Of a DNA stretch of 64,000 nucleotides, positions 38,459 through 48,591 are shown piece after piece. This DNA is from Desulfobacterales bacterium (GTDB lineage Bacteria; Desulfobacterota; Desulfobacteria; Desulfobacterales; UBA5852), in assembly GCA_963674755.2 (NCBI GenBank), contig CAXXVS010000003.1:1280001-1344000 (forward strand), written 5' to 3'. The first letter of the stretch is position 1; every line of letters starts with the position of its first letter. The notes under the pieces are model-generated. The model did not search any database. It was not told the origin of the DNA and saw only the letters and a list, made by a program, of their open reading frames with translations. Made by a program: the position numbers and the translations under genes.

Positions 38459-38808
38459 GGGCAACCTCCTCTCTTGAAGATCCAAATGGATCGGGCGCAC
38501 AAGTTTGCGATGCGAATTGCGTGGGGAACTGATCGGCGGAGGAGATCGCACGGCACGGGGGTCCAAAAGGAAGCTTGCGCAATTGGTGCATCTAATACCT
38601 GCTGGTATGGGGGGGGATACTAACCCGATGATGTGGCCGGGCGCAAGCTTCACCATAGCCGCCAGCGATTGTCAAGATTCTCAGTCGAGGAAGGATCTTT
38701 TAATCCCCGTGACGGTAAGACCCGACAGCTATGCGGGGCATCCGGCAGGATCGGTGGATTTGGGGGCGGCCGAATGGCGAGGGATAGGGTCGGGGGGAAG
38801 CCGGTGCC

Positions 38809-38955
38809 TCAGCGCTCCTTTTGCTGTTCTTCCAGCAAGGCTTTCATCATTACCGCGTCTTCAAACGGTTCAGGCGATTCACAGATGAGGGTTGTCTGCT
38901 TGCCGTGGTGAATGAGGGCCTCCCGCAGAGGGCGGAAATGTGCGGGCTGCAGGCT
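38809..38955 (-). pseudogene. 3' remnant of a second endonuclease IV-like gene
   Basis: FRPLREALIHHGKQTTLICESPEPFEDAVMMKALLE is nearly identical to the C-terminus encoded at 44521-44655. Confidence 0.85.
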
Positions 38956-39622
38956 GCAGAAAGGTCGTGCTGAAGTGACCCTGATGATGCCGTTATCCAT
39001 GATTTGCGAGGATTCAATCAGGAATAGGATTCTCGCATACCATGCCCTTTTCCCCTTGACAACCAAAGGTCGGCCTACGTTATATGCGGATATAGACATC
39101 ACAAAGACAGGGACGTACGCACAGTCCTAAAGACTCTACCACGTTCGAACAGCCGATCTTGCCGCGGGATTTCAATTCGATCATTATAGTCCATCTGCGT
39201 GATCGAAGTCTATTGGGTAGCGTAGTCCTGACAACCCGCGGGGCCCTCCCGATGGAGTAAAGCGGACTGGAACAGCCGGCGTTTGCTCCGATACCCCCCC
39301 CCTCGGCAACCAAGCCTCGGCCGACAGCGCCGAGGGGGTCTGCGACCTCAACGACTTGGCTGTGGCTCCGATCCGATTGAAGGAAGAAGGACATATCCAC
39401 AGCGTTGTTCTTTCGGATTTCGCCCCCTATTTCGGCGACGGCCTTCATTCTGGATCACCGGTCCCCAATGCCAAAGGGGCTGGCCGGCCCCAGACCGATT
39501 CGTGGACGGCGCGGCGGTGCTCGTAGGCGCGTTGGATAATTACGAAAACCGGACGCATGACCGATATGAGGCGTACGCGTGATAGATGCCGCCGATAACC
39601 CGGTTGCAGCCCCGGAGCGACC

Positions 39623-42076
39623 ATGATCAACAGCAAAACCTTAAAAACGCGAATGTTGGTGGGAGGGATCGCTGCGGTCCTGATCCCCTTTTTCATTATC
39701 GGTCTGATCGTCTATGGGCAGCTTTCCAAATCCCTGTTGGCGTTGACCATGGAAAGAGCGGTCCACCATGTGGAGGATGCGGCTGAACGCATCGAGACCG
39801 TTCTCAAACAAAAAATCGAATTGGCCCGCAGCATTGCAGCCGATCCGGATATCATCGCGGCCTCCAGAAACGGCGCCTATGCGACAGCCCAAAAAGAGCT
39901 GGAATCCATTTATCAAGGTATCGGCAGAGATTATTTCACGATTTTCCTGCTGGACCAAAACGGTATCGCCCGGGCGGATGCCCGTTTCCCCCGGCAAATC
40001 GGTACGGATCTGTCGGATCGCGACTATTTTTTGAAGGCTAAGCAGGGCCGGGCCAATGTGGGGGGGCCTTTGCCGGCCCGGGGCAGCGCCACACCGGGCG
40101 CGTCGGTCATCATTGTCAGCGCTCCCATCCTGGATAAAGGCCGTTTTTATGGCATGGTCGGCATTCCTTTCAATAATGATTTTGTCGTCAATAGCCTTGC
40201 AAAGGGAGAATTCGGGACGACCGGTTTTACCTTTTTAATCAATGCGGAAGGGGTTGTCCTCATGCATCCGCAGGAGGCCTATAATTTTAAATTGCGCTTT
40301 TTGGACCAACCCGGCACGGAGAGCATCAAAAGGTTGGCGGAAGCCAAAACGACAGGGGCCACTTCCTATCGGATCAACAGTTTGGAAAAGATTGCCGGGC
40401 TGGCTCATGTGGCGGCTACCGGCTGGACGGTTGTTTTTTCCCAGGACCGGCAAGAAGCCATGGCACCAATGACGAAAATCCTGTCCCTCATTGTCATCTG
40501 CGCCGTGGCTTTCTGCATCGTTATCATCGTTGCCATCAATATTTATACGAACCGAATCAGCACGCCTGTCCAGGAAGTCATGGAGGTGGTGCATCAGGTC
40601 ACGCAGCATTCGGCTGAAATGATTCTGCAAATGGGCGTCGATCGCCGGATCGTTTCCACCAACCCGGCGTTTGAGGAAGTTACCGGTTTGAAAGCGGAAC
40701 GGATCATCGGCACGGAGCCCGACCTCAGCGGCGCCCTGAATGCCTCTGCCGACCAGATTTGGGAAGCGCTGGAATCCGGAATTCCATGGTCGGGTCGCCT
40801 GCGGTTTCAAAAGAACGCCGACCTCAACCTTACCCTCGATGTCATGTTCGTGCCCTTGCGGGACAGTAACGGAGCAATCGGCGGTTACCTTGAGATCGGA
40901 CGGGACATCACCGACGAGCTTATGGTTGAAAAAAGATTGCAACAGGCTCAAAAAATGGAAGCCATCGGCACCCTGGCCGGTGGCATCGCCCATGATTTCA
41001 ACAATATCTTGAGCGGAATCTTAGGGTATGCCGAGCTGGCTTTGATGGAAACTACAAACAATCCTGAGACCGAGACTTATATGCGGGAGGTCATCCGCGC
41101 CTCGGAAAGGGCGCGCGCGTTGGTCAACCAAATACTGACTTTCAGCCGGCAGACCGAGGTCAACCTCAGGCCCATTTCGGTTAAACCGATTTTAAAGGAA
41201 GCCCTGAAACTGCTGCGGGCTTCTTTGCCGGCTACGGTTGCCATCAAGGCGAACCTCACCAGTGATGCGGTCATAATGGCCGAACCGACACAGATCCATC
41301 AGATCATTATGAATCTGTTTACGAATGCTGTTCATGCCATCGCTGACAGGTGCGGAACCATCACTTTATGGGCGGAAGATTTTATGGTGGATGAAGAATT
41401 CGCCCAGACCCATCCCGGTATCAGACCGGGAAACCACCTTCGGCTGGCGGTGGCCGATACGGGCGGCGGTATCGCACCACACCTGCAGGACCAGATTTTC
41501 TTGCCGTTCTTTACCACCAAAAGCCAGGGCGAAGGCACCGGTTTAGGACTTTCGGTTGTCCATGGCATCATCAGCAAAATTGGCGGCATTATTACGGTGA
41601 GCAGCAGGGAGGGGCAGGGCACACGCTTCGATATTGTCATCCCGGTCTGCGAGTCCGGTGATGCCGGAGAGGGACCCAACACGTTTTGCTTAACGCCGGG
41701 AAACGCCAGCATTGCCGTTATTGATGATGAAGAAACCATTGCCGCCGTCATTCGCGCTATTTTGAGTAATGTCGGCTACCGCGTGACGGCTTTTACAGAT
41801 GGTATGGCAGCATTAAAGGCCCTAAGGAGCGATCCGGAAGCATTTGACGTCGTCATCACCGATTATGCCATGCCGCAAACCACCGGTCTGGAAATTGCGA
41901 AGGCTCTCAAAGAAAGCGGGATCATCATCCCGATGATTATCATTACCGGATATGTGAATGAAACGATCGAAAAAGCGGCCCGCGCCACCGGTATAGCGGA
42001 GTTGATCATAAAACCGATCAATGCTTATCAGTTGACGGATGCGATTCAGCGTGTCCTAGCCAAAGCAATCGTGTGA
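39623..42076 (+). CDS. Hybrid histidine kinase, paralog 2
   Basis: Same length (817 aa), same start MINSKTLKTRM and same motifs as paralog 1. Confidence 0.93.
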   Translation: MINSKTLKTRMLVGGIAAVLIPFFIIGLIVYGQLSKSLLALTMERAVHHVEDAAERIETVLKQKIELARSIAADPDIIAASRNGAYATAQKELESIYQGIGRDYFTIFLLDQNGIARADARFPRQIGTDLSDRDYFLKAKQGRANVGGPLPARGSATPGASVIIVSAPILDKGRFYGMVGIPFNNDFVVNSLAKGEFGTTGFTFLINAEGVVLMHPQEAYNFKLRFLDQPGTESIKRLAEAKTTGATSYRINSLEKIAGLAHVAATGWTVVFSQDRQEAMAPMTKILSLIVICAVAFCIVIIVAINIYTNRISTPVQEVMEVVHQVTQHSAEMILQMGVDRRIVSTNPAFEEVTGLKAERIIGTEPDLSGALNASADQIWEALESGIPWSGRLRFQKNADLNLTLDVMFVPLRDSNGAIGGYLEIGRDITDELMVEKRLQQAQKMEAIGTLAGGIAHDFNNILSGILGYAELALMETTNNPETETYMREVIRASERARALVNQILTFSRQTEVNLRPISVKPILKEALKLLRASLPATVAIKANLTSDAVIMAEPTQIHQIIMNLFTNAVHAIADRCGTITLWAEDFMVDEEFAQTHPGIRPGNHLRLAVADTGGGIAPHLQDQIFLPFFTTKSQGEGTGLGLSVVHGIISKIGGIITVSSREGQGTRFDIVIPVCESGDAGEGPNTFCLTPGNASIAVIDDEETIAAVIRAILSNVGYRVTAFTDGMAALKALRSDPEAFDVVITDYAMPQTTGLEIAKALKESGIIIPMIIITGYVNETIEKAARATGIAELIIKPINAYQLTDAIQRVLAKAIV

Positions 42077-42234
42077 TTCGCCTGAGAGGCGTTGCCGTAT
42101 GGTCTCAAGAAGATTCTTAGCTTTGAAATTATACAGATCGGGCCAAATCTATCCGAAGAGGGTCGATAAACGAAAAATGAAGCCTCAAGCATTGAGGGTT
42201 CGTCCAAACAGCCACCGCCTTTTCGGATCTTCTA

Positions 42235-42407
42235 AGACGGTTTCGTAAAAAGTCCGATATCGGCGTTACGCGTATCTTTCGTCACTGCGGCGTACGCAAA
42301 GTACACGCCCTTCGGGCCCCGCGACAGCGGTATTCCTCAAGATTCGCAAGCCTTGACCTCGAACAGTTTACGAAACCGTCTAAACAGTGACTTTTTACGA
42401 GTCCATC
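42235..42407. repeat. Nested-hairpin element, copy B, with an extra outer arm
   Basis: agacggtttcgtaaa / tttacgaaaccgtct IR; tcggcgtt, gcggcgtac-gcaaa-gtac, gccttga; extra arm gactttttacgagtccatc. Confidence 0.85.
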
Positions 42408-42443
42408 TTCTAACCAATATACTGCGATGACACGAGGTTTCCA

Positions 42444-44471
42444 TTGGCAGCGCTGAATCCAAAATTCAGCTTGTGGACGGCTCCCGCCAAGATCAAGACG
42501 CCCTATAAATGGGTGATCTTCGCCTTGCTGCTGTCAGGCTACCTGGTATCGGCGCCGTGGCTGCTGACGCAATTGGGAGACGTAGCGCGTATCTTCGTCT
42601 TCGTGTTCACTTTGCCGGTGGCCTTCTTCTGGGGAATGAGGGGGGGCATTGTTGTTTCACTGGCGACCTCGTTTCTGGCCTTCACGCTGCATGTCACTAT
42701 AGGAGTGCCATTCAGCGGCGGCGCCATCGGCCCCATTTTCCTCTTGCTTATAAACGTCATCGTCGGACGGATGTGCGACTTGAGTTTGCGACTCGAAACG
42801 GAGCTTGAGGAAAAACATGAGACGGAAATGGAACTGCAGCGGCACCAAGCCCATCTGGAGAAAAGGATCAGAGAGCGCACCGGCGAATTGACGCGAACCA
42901 ATCGGGAGCTTCAACAGGAGATCGCCGAACGCCGGCAGGTGGCGAACGCACTGAGGGAAAGCGAGGAAAAATACCGTCTCCTGGTCGAAACCGCCAACGA
43001 GGCGATTTTTATCGCACAGGACGGCGTTATCAAGTTCCCAAATCCAAAAACCATCGAGATGACGGGATACTCAGAGCGTGAAGTGGTAGCGATGCCGTTC
43101 GTGAACCTGATCCATCCGGACGACAGAGAAATGGTTGTCGAAAGACACCTCCAAAGACTGAACGGGGAGCGCCCGCCTTCCGACTATTTCTTCCGGATCA
43201 TCGACAAGGCCTGTTCCGAACTGTGGGTTCAGATCAATGCGGCGCCGATCACATGGGAGGGTCGCCCGGCGACGATCAATCTCATCCGGGATGTTACGGA
43301 ACAAAAGCAGTTGGAAGAGCGACTGCGGCAATCCCAGAAAATCGAATCCATCGGCACCTTGGCGGGTGGAATCGCCCACGAGTTCAACAACATCTTGAGC
43401 ATCATCATCGGCAATACCGAACTGGCTCTCTATGAGGTCTCCGAGCAGAGCACGGCGGCAAATCATCTTCAGGAGATCCGCAACGCATCGTTGCGGGCCA
43501 AGGACGTGGTGAACGGAATTCTGAGTTTCGCCCGCATCGCACCGGCGGAGCGCAAACCGGTGCGGGTAGGCGACGCGGCCAGAGAATCCTTGAAGCTGCT
43601 GCGGGCGACCATTCCCGCCACCATCGATATCCGGCCGCACATCACCTGCGATGGGGAAATGATCCTGGCGGATCAAACCGAGATCCATCAGGTGCTCATG
43701 AACCTTTGCACCAACGCGGCTCATGCCATGGGAGGCGCCCCCGGAATACTGCGCGTTACCCTGACGCCCGTTCACCTCGACCGTCCGACAGCTATGGCCT
43801 ACGACGGCCTGAATCCTGGACGCCATGTGCGGTTGTCCGTCGCGGATTCCGGCCAGGGCATCGATCCGAAGGTCAAGGACCGCATTTTCGACCCCTATTT
43901 TACCACCAAGGAGATCGGCCAGGGGATCGGCATGGGGCTGGCGATCGTGTACGGCATCGTAAAGAAAAATGAAGGCGCGGTCCGAATCGAAAGTAAGCGG
44001 GAGCATGGGACCACCGTCGAGGTGCTGTTTCCCCTGATCGAAACCCACATCGCAGCCGAAGCCCCGGAGGGTGGTGTCCTGCCGGTTGGAATCGAACGGA
44101 TTCTGGTCGTGGACGATGAGGCCTCCCTGGTGAAAATGATGACCCAGATGCTTGAAAAACTGGGCTACACGGTTGTCGGCACAACCAGCAGCACGGAAGC
44201 ATTGAGGCTTTTTCAAGCCCAGCCGGAACGCTTCGATCTGGTCATAACGGACATGGCCATGCCGGAAATGGCGGGGGATCGGCTGGCACGGGAATTGTTC
44301 GGCTTACGCCCCACCATACCGGTCATTCTCTGCACAGGCTACAGCGACCGGATCGATGAAAAAAGGGCTGCAGATCTCGGGATCGCTGCTTATTGCATGA
44401 AGCCCGTTGCCACGGATACCCTGGCCAAAGCGGTGCGCAAGGTATTGGATGAAGCCCAACGGCCAAGGTGA
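42444..44471 (+). CDS. Membrane PAS hybrid histidine kinase
   Basis: N-terminal TMs, coiled coil, PAS, GIAHEFNN, NLCTNA, PYFTTK, GMGL, REC. Confidence 0.92.
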   Translation: MAALNPKFSLWTAPAKIKTPYKWVIFALLLSGYLVSAPWLLTQLGDVARIFVFVFTLPVAFFWGMRGGIVVSLATSFLAFTLHVTIGVPFSGGAIGPIFLLLINVIVGRMCDLSLRLETELEEKHETEMELQRHQAHLEKRIRERTGELTRTNRELQQEIAERRQVANALRESEEKYRLLVETANEAIFIAQDGVIKFPNPKTIEMTGYSEREVVAMPFVNLIHPDDREMVVERHLQRLNGERPPSDYFFRIIDKACSELWVQINAAPITWEGRPATINLIRDVTEQKQLEERLRQSQKIESIGTLAGGIAHEFNNILSIIIGNTELALYEVSEQSTAANHLQEIRNASLRAKDVVNGILSFARIAPAERKPVRVGDAARESLKLLRATIPATIDIRPHITCDGEMILADQTEIHQVLMNLCTNAAHAMGGAPGILRVTLTPVHLDRPTAMAYDGLNPGRHVRLSVADSGQGIDPKVKDRIFDPYFTTKEIGQGIGMGLAIVYGIVKKNEGAVRIESKREHGTTVEVLFPLIETHIAAEAPEGGVLPVGIERILVVDDEASLVKMMTQMLEKLGYTVVGTTSSTEALRLFQAQPERFDLVITDMAMPEMAGDRLARELFGLRPTIPVILCTGYSDRIDEKRAADLGIAAYCMKPVATDTLAKAVRKVLDEAQRPR

Positions 44472-44520
44472 GGCGGATGATCCCATTCGCTTCATTCGGC
44501 CTTGCCTGAGGCTTCCTTTT

Positions 44521-45312
44521 TTATTGCTTTTCTAACAAGGCTTTCATCATGACCGCATCTTCAAAAGGTTCAGGCGATTCACAAATAAGGGTTATCCGTT
44601 TGCCGTGGCGGATGAGGGCTTCCCTTAGAGGGCGGAAATAGCCGGGCTGGAGGCGGATGTGCTTTTTTTCGCCCTTGGCCGTGTATTCGATGCCTGAAAA
44701 ATGGGCATGAAAGCTTCCGGGGAGGACCGGCATCAGGGCGTCATAGTCGATTACGCCCTGGTTGCGGGCATAGAGGTGGGCGAAGTCCACGGTGATGCCG
44801 CAGCCGGTATCCTGCATCAGCGCCAGCAGTTCTTCCGTGGCGCCAAACTGGGAGGGCTTGCCGGTAACTTCCGGGCATAGGGTGACCGTCCAGTTTTCGT
44901 GGCGGATGTGTTCCTGGAGATCGAGGATCTGGCGGCGGATCATGCGGTAGGTCTCCCGGAGGGAGCGCTTCTGGTAGAAGCCGGCGTGGAAGACCACCTT
45001 GCGGGCGCCCATCAGGTGCGCACGGTGGCAGCTTTCCAAAATGCGCTGGCGGCTGGCCGCGATCTTTTCTTCCTCGTAGGCGGCCAGGTTGATGTAGTAG
45101 GGCGCGTGCACCGAGAGGATCAGGCCGTGCTCCTTGGCCGCGGCTCCGACGGTCTCGGCTATTTCCGGTTTCATCCGCACACCGTAGGTGAATTCGATTT
45201 CCATACAATTCAGCTTCAGGCGCGCGGCCTCCTGGATGCCCTTCACATGGCCCCGGCCGCCGCTGCCGGCCGGGCCGATCAGAATCGATGGTTTTGTGGC
45301 TACCGTTTTCAT
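44521..45312 (-). CDS. Endonuclease IV-like (AP endonuclease family 2) TIM-barrel protein
   Basis: SVHAPYYINL, VVFHAG, EVTGKPSQFG, DFAH, HFSGIEY..KGEKKH, ICESP. Confidence 0.85.
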   Translation of the reverse strand: MKTVATKPSILIGPAGSGGRGHVKGIQEAARLKLNCMEIEFTYGVRMKPEIAETVGAAAKEHGLILSVHAPYYINLAAYEEEKIAASRQRILESCHRAHLMGARKVVFHAGFYQKRSLRETYRMIRRQILDLQEHIRHENWTVTLCPEVTGKPSQFGATEELLALMQDTGCGITVDFAHLYARNQGVIDYDALMPVLPGSFHAHFSGIEYTAKGEKKHIRLQPGYFRPLREALIRHGKRITLICESPEPFEDAVMMKALLEKQ

Positions 45313-45553
45313 CCGGCCGACCCTATCGAAATTTGGCAGGCATGGCAATGGTCACGGCCGGTCTGGTGGCGTCCCTTTCAGAGCTGCCGCGACATTCACC
45401 TGACAGCCGGCTGTCCTCTATTTCAACTTGCGGGAATGATGGTGTTCAGCCCGCATCCGACGGCAATACCTAACCTCGTCTTCCTGATCTTCTGATGAAT
45501 TCCCAAAGTTGATCCATGGGTTTTTCAAATTCAATTTAGGCGAACGCCAGAAT

Positions 45554-45565
45554 TTGTCTTGACAA
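45554..45565. promoter_or_regulatory. Probable GntR(HutC)-type operator overlapping a TTGACA -35 box
   Basis: Palindrome TTGTC-TT-GACAA about 50 bp upstream of gntR. Confidence 0.6.
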
Positions 45566-45616
45566 CTTAACCAATTTACCTTAATTTGCCCCCTAATTTT
45601 ATAGGTGCCATGTCGT

Positions 45617-46348
45617 ATGCTGAATAATCAATCGCCCATACCCCTCTACCACCAACTGGCCGACCTCCTGACCGCCCGGATTCGGGGAGGCGATTATGCC
45701 GTGGGCGATCGGATTCCTTCCGAGCACCAGCTGGCGGAGGCTTACGGCATCGGGCGGCCTACCGTCCGGCAGGCCATCGATATGCTGGTGCGCCGCCACA
45801 TGTTGGTGCGCCGGCGGGGTTCGGGCACCTATGTGGCCGCGGCCGAACACGAGCTCGACTTGTTTTCCCTGGCCGGCACCACATCGGCCTTTCAGCGCCA
45901 GGGCCTGACGGTGGATACCCGGGTGCGCTGCAAGCTCAAAAGGACGGCCGTCAAACATGACAGCGACAACCCCTTCAACGGAGGAGAGGCCTTTTTCTTC
46001 TCCCGGCGCAGTTTGGTGGACGACGTCCCGGTGCTGATCGAAGACCTCTACCTGCACCCGGACCTCTTCAACGGCATCGACCGGATCGATCTGGAAGGCC
46101 GTTCCATCGCCGATATCGCGGCGGAGCGCTACTATATGCGGCCCACCCGCGGGCGGCAGAATTTTCGAATCGGCTATCTGCAGGGCGCCCGGGCCAAGGA
46201 TCTCGGGGTTTCGTCAACCACACCGATTCTGGCCGTCAAGCGCTACCTGCATTTCCCCCAGGCGGACAACGCCATCTACGCCGAGTTGTTCTGCCGTACG
46301 GATCAATTTGTTTTTTCCCAGACCATCGGAGGACTGGCGGATGAATAG
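45617..46348 (+). CDS. GntR family regulator (HutC/UTRA subfamily)
   Basis: PLYHQL, IPSEHQLAEAYGIGRPTVRQAI, RRGSGTYV. Confidence 0.92.
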   Translation: MLNNQSPIPLYHQLADLLTARIRGGDYAVGDRIPSEHQLAEAYGIGRPTVRQAIDMLVRRHMLVRRRGSGTYVAAAEHELDLFSLAGTTSAFQRQGLTVDTRVRCKLKRTAVKHDSDNPFNGGEAFFFSRRSLVDDVPVLIEDLYLHPDLFNGIDRIDLEGRSIADIAAERYYMRPTRGRQNFRIGYLQGARAKDLGVSSTTPILAVKRYLHFPQADNAIYAELFCRTDQFVFSQTIGGLADE

Positions 46349-47576
46349 AAATGGCTATTATGCAGACTTCGGCGGGGCTTTCCTGCCGGAGATCCTGGTG
46401 TCAACGTTCGATGAATTGACCGCGGCCTTCGCCAAGGCCAAGGCGGACCCGGCCTTCTGGGAGGAATACGCGGCTTTGATGGGATCCTATTCCTGCCGGC
46501 CGACGCCCCTGACCTTTGCCGAAAACCTGACCCGTCAGCTGGGCGGGGCCCGGATTTATGTCAAGCGCGAGGATCTCAACCACACCGGAGCCCACAAGGC
46601 CAACAACGTCATGGGCCAGGGGTTGCTGGTCAAACGCATGGGCAAGACCCGCGTGATCGCGGAAACCGGGGCCGGCCAGCATGGGGTCGCCACGGCCACC
46701 ATGGCGGCGCGCTTCGGCTTCGACTGCACCATCTATATGGGCGAAGTGGACGTGGAACGCCAACGCCCCAACGTCTTCTGGATGGAGCAGCTGGGGGCCA
46801 CGGTCGTCCCGGTCAAGGACGGTACGCGTATTCTAAAGGATGCCATCAATGAGGCGTTCCGCGACTGGGTTTCCAACATGGACAATACCCACTACGTTTT
46901 TGGGACGGCCTGCGGACCCCACCCTTACCCGGAGATGGTGGCCTGGTTTCAGTCCATCATCGGGCGGGAGGCCCGGGAACAAGTGCTGGCCTGTGAAAAA
47001 CGGCTGCCCTCCCGGATCTACGCCTGCGTGGGGGGCGGCTCCAACGCCATGGGGATCTTCAGCGGGTTCCTGGACGATCCCGACGTGGCGCTCGTGGGCG
47101 TCGAAGCCGGTGGGCGTGGTTTGGATTCCGGTGCCCACGCTTCCCGCCTGTGCTCCGACGATGCATCCGTAGGCGTTGCCCAGGGCTATAAGACCTATTT
47201 TCTCCAGAACGTCGAAGGCCAGATGAAGGAGACCCACAGCATCGCGGCGGGGCTGGACTACGTCGGGGTTTCCCCGATTCTCTCCCATTTAAAGGAAACC
47301 GGCCGGGTCCGCTTTGCGGTGGCCACGGACGGGGAGGTGGTGGAGGCCATGCGCCTGGCCATCCGCAAGGAGGGACTGATCCCGGCCCTGGAATCGGCCC
47401 ATGCCTTTGTACAGGCCTTCAAGGACGCCCCCACCATGGGTCCCGAAGAGGTCATCATCATCAACCAGTCAGGCCGCGGCGACAAGGATATCTTCACGGT
47501 GGCGGATGCTTTCCAGGATCCGGGCTGGCGTGAGTTCATCATTAAGAAAGCGGCGCAGTACCAGGGGATGGCGTAG
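46341..47576 (+). CDS. trpB: Tryptophan synthase beta subunit
   Basis: KREDLNHTGAHK, AETGAGQHG, CVGGGSN, HSIAAGLDY, PALESAHA, SGRGDKD. Confidence 0.96.
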   Translation: MNRNGYYADFGGAFLPEILVSTFDELTAAFAKAKADPAFWEEYAALMGSYSCRPTPLTFAENLTRQLGGARIYVKREDLNHTGAHKANNVMGQGLLVKRMGKTRVIAETGAGQHGVATATMAARFGFDCTIYMGEVDVERQRPNVFWMEQLGATVVPVKDGTRILKDAINEAFRDWVSNMDNTHYVFGTACGPHPYPEMVAWFQSIIGREAREQVLACEKRLPSRIYACVGGGSNAMGIFSGFLDDPDVALVGVEAGGRGLDSGAHASRLCSDDASVGVAQGYKTYFLQNVEGQMKETHSIAAGLDYVGVSPILSHLKETGRVRFAVATDGEVVEAMRLAIRKEGLIPALESAHAFVQAFKDAPTMGPEEVIIINQSGRGDKDIFTVADAFQDPGWREFIIKKAAQYQGMA

Positions 47577-47674
47577 GTTCTACAGCCTCTGGGAATGCCT
47601 CGGAGAGGTTCTGCCAATCCGGGGTGCTTTTCATCGAAGGTTTCTTCCTTAAATCTCATTTTTCCGAGGCGATC

Positions 47675-48436
47675 ATGCTTGAAGCATATTTAAAGCAGCG
47701 GCGGCAAGAGAAGGATATTCTCCTGATGACCCATATCGTGGCGGGCTACCCGAGCTGGGAGGCCTGCACCGCGATGGTGGACGCCATGGTGGCGGCCGGC
47801 GTGGATCTGATGGAAATGCAAATTCCCTTTTCGGAGCCCATGGCCGACGGCCCCGTGATCCTCAAGGCCAATCAGGATGCCCTGGAGCGCGGGGTGACGG
47901 TGGCCCGCTGTTTGGCATTCGGCCGGGAAATGGCCCGGCGCCACAAAATCCCGTTTCTCTACATGACCTATTACAATATTCTCTTCCGCCACGGTGTCGA
48001 CGAGTTCGTGGCCGAGATGGCCGACAGCGGCATCCAAGGCGCCATCGTGCCGGATCTGCCACCCGAGGAGGGCGAAGATTATCTTCAGGCCATGAACCGT
48101 CACAGGCGCCATCCGATATTCATTTTTTCCCCCACGACTTCGGATGAACGTCTTCACTATCTGGCGTCCTTTGCGAAGGGCTTTGTCTACTGTGTGGCCC
48201 GCAAGGGCGTCACCGGTATGGATACACGGTTTACGGATGAACTAGGCGCCTATCTGGCCCGCTGCCGCCGCGTCACCGATCTCCCCTTAGCCCTTGGTTT
48301 CGGGGTCAAAGACAAGACGGATGTGGCGTTTCTCAAGGGCAAGGCCGACATCGCGGTGATCGGCACCCAGACCCTGCGCCTGGTGGATAGTCAGGGGGTC
48401 GGCGCCGTGGGGGATTTTATCCGGGAATTGCAGTAA
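47675..48436 (+). CDS. trpA: Tryptophan synthase alpha subunit
   Basis: EMQIPFSEPMADGPVI, MTYYN, IVPDLPPEE, GVTG, LGFGV. Confidence 0.95.
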   Translation: MLEAYLKQRRQEKDILLMTHIVAGYPSWEACTAMVDAMVAAGVDLMEMQIPFSEPMADGPVILKANQDALERGVTVARCLAFGREMARRHKIPFLYMTYYNILFRHGVDEFVAEMADSGIQGAIVPDLPPEEGEDYLQAMNRHRRHPIFIFSPTTSDERLHYLASFAKGFVYCVARKGVTGMDTRFTDELGAYLARCRRVTDLPLALGFGVKDKTDVAFLKGKADIAVIGTQTLRLVDSQGVGAVGDFIRELQ

Positions 48437-48591
48437 CGATCGCACGCTACAGGTGCGGCAAGATCATAAGGCGTCGCGGGGCTGAGGAGGCAAGGGCCCG
48501 AGAAAAGATCGACATTGCAGCTGGATCATATTCACAAGAAGCGCGCCGCGGCATAGGGACCGGCGGTGCTCTTCTAAAAAGGAGGACGACA

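Noticed and set aside
39567..39576. Isolated match to the repeat's gtacgcctca motif
   Set aside because: Single 10-mer without flanking stems; likely chance
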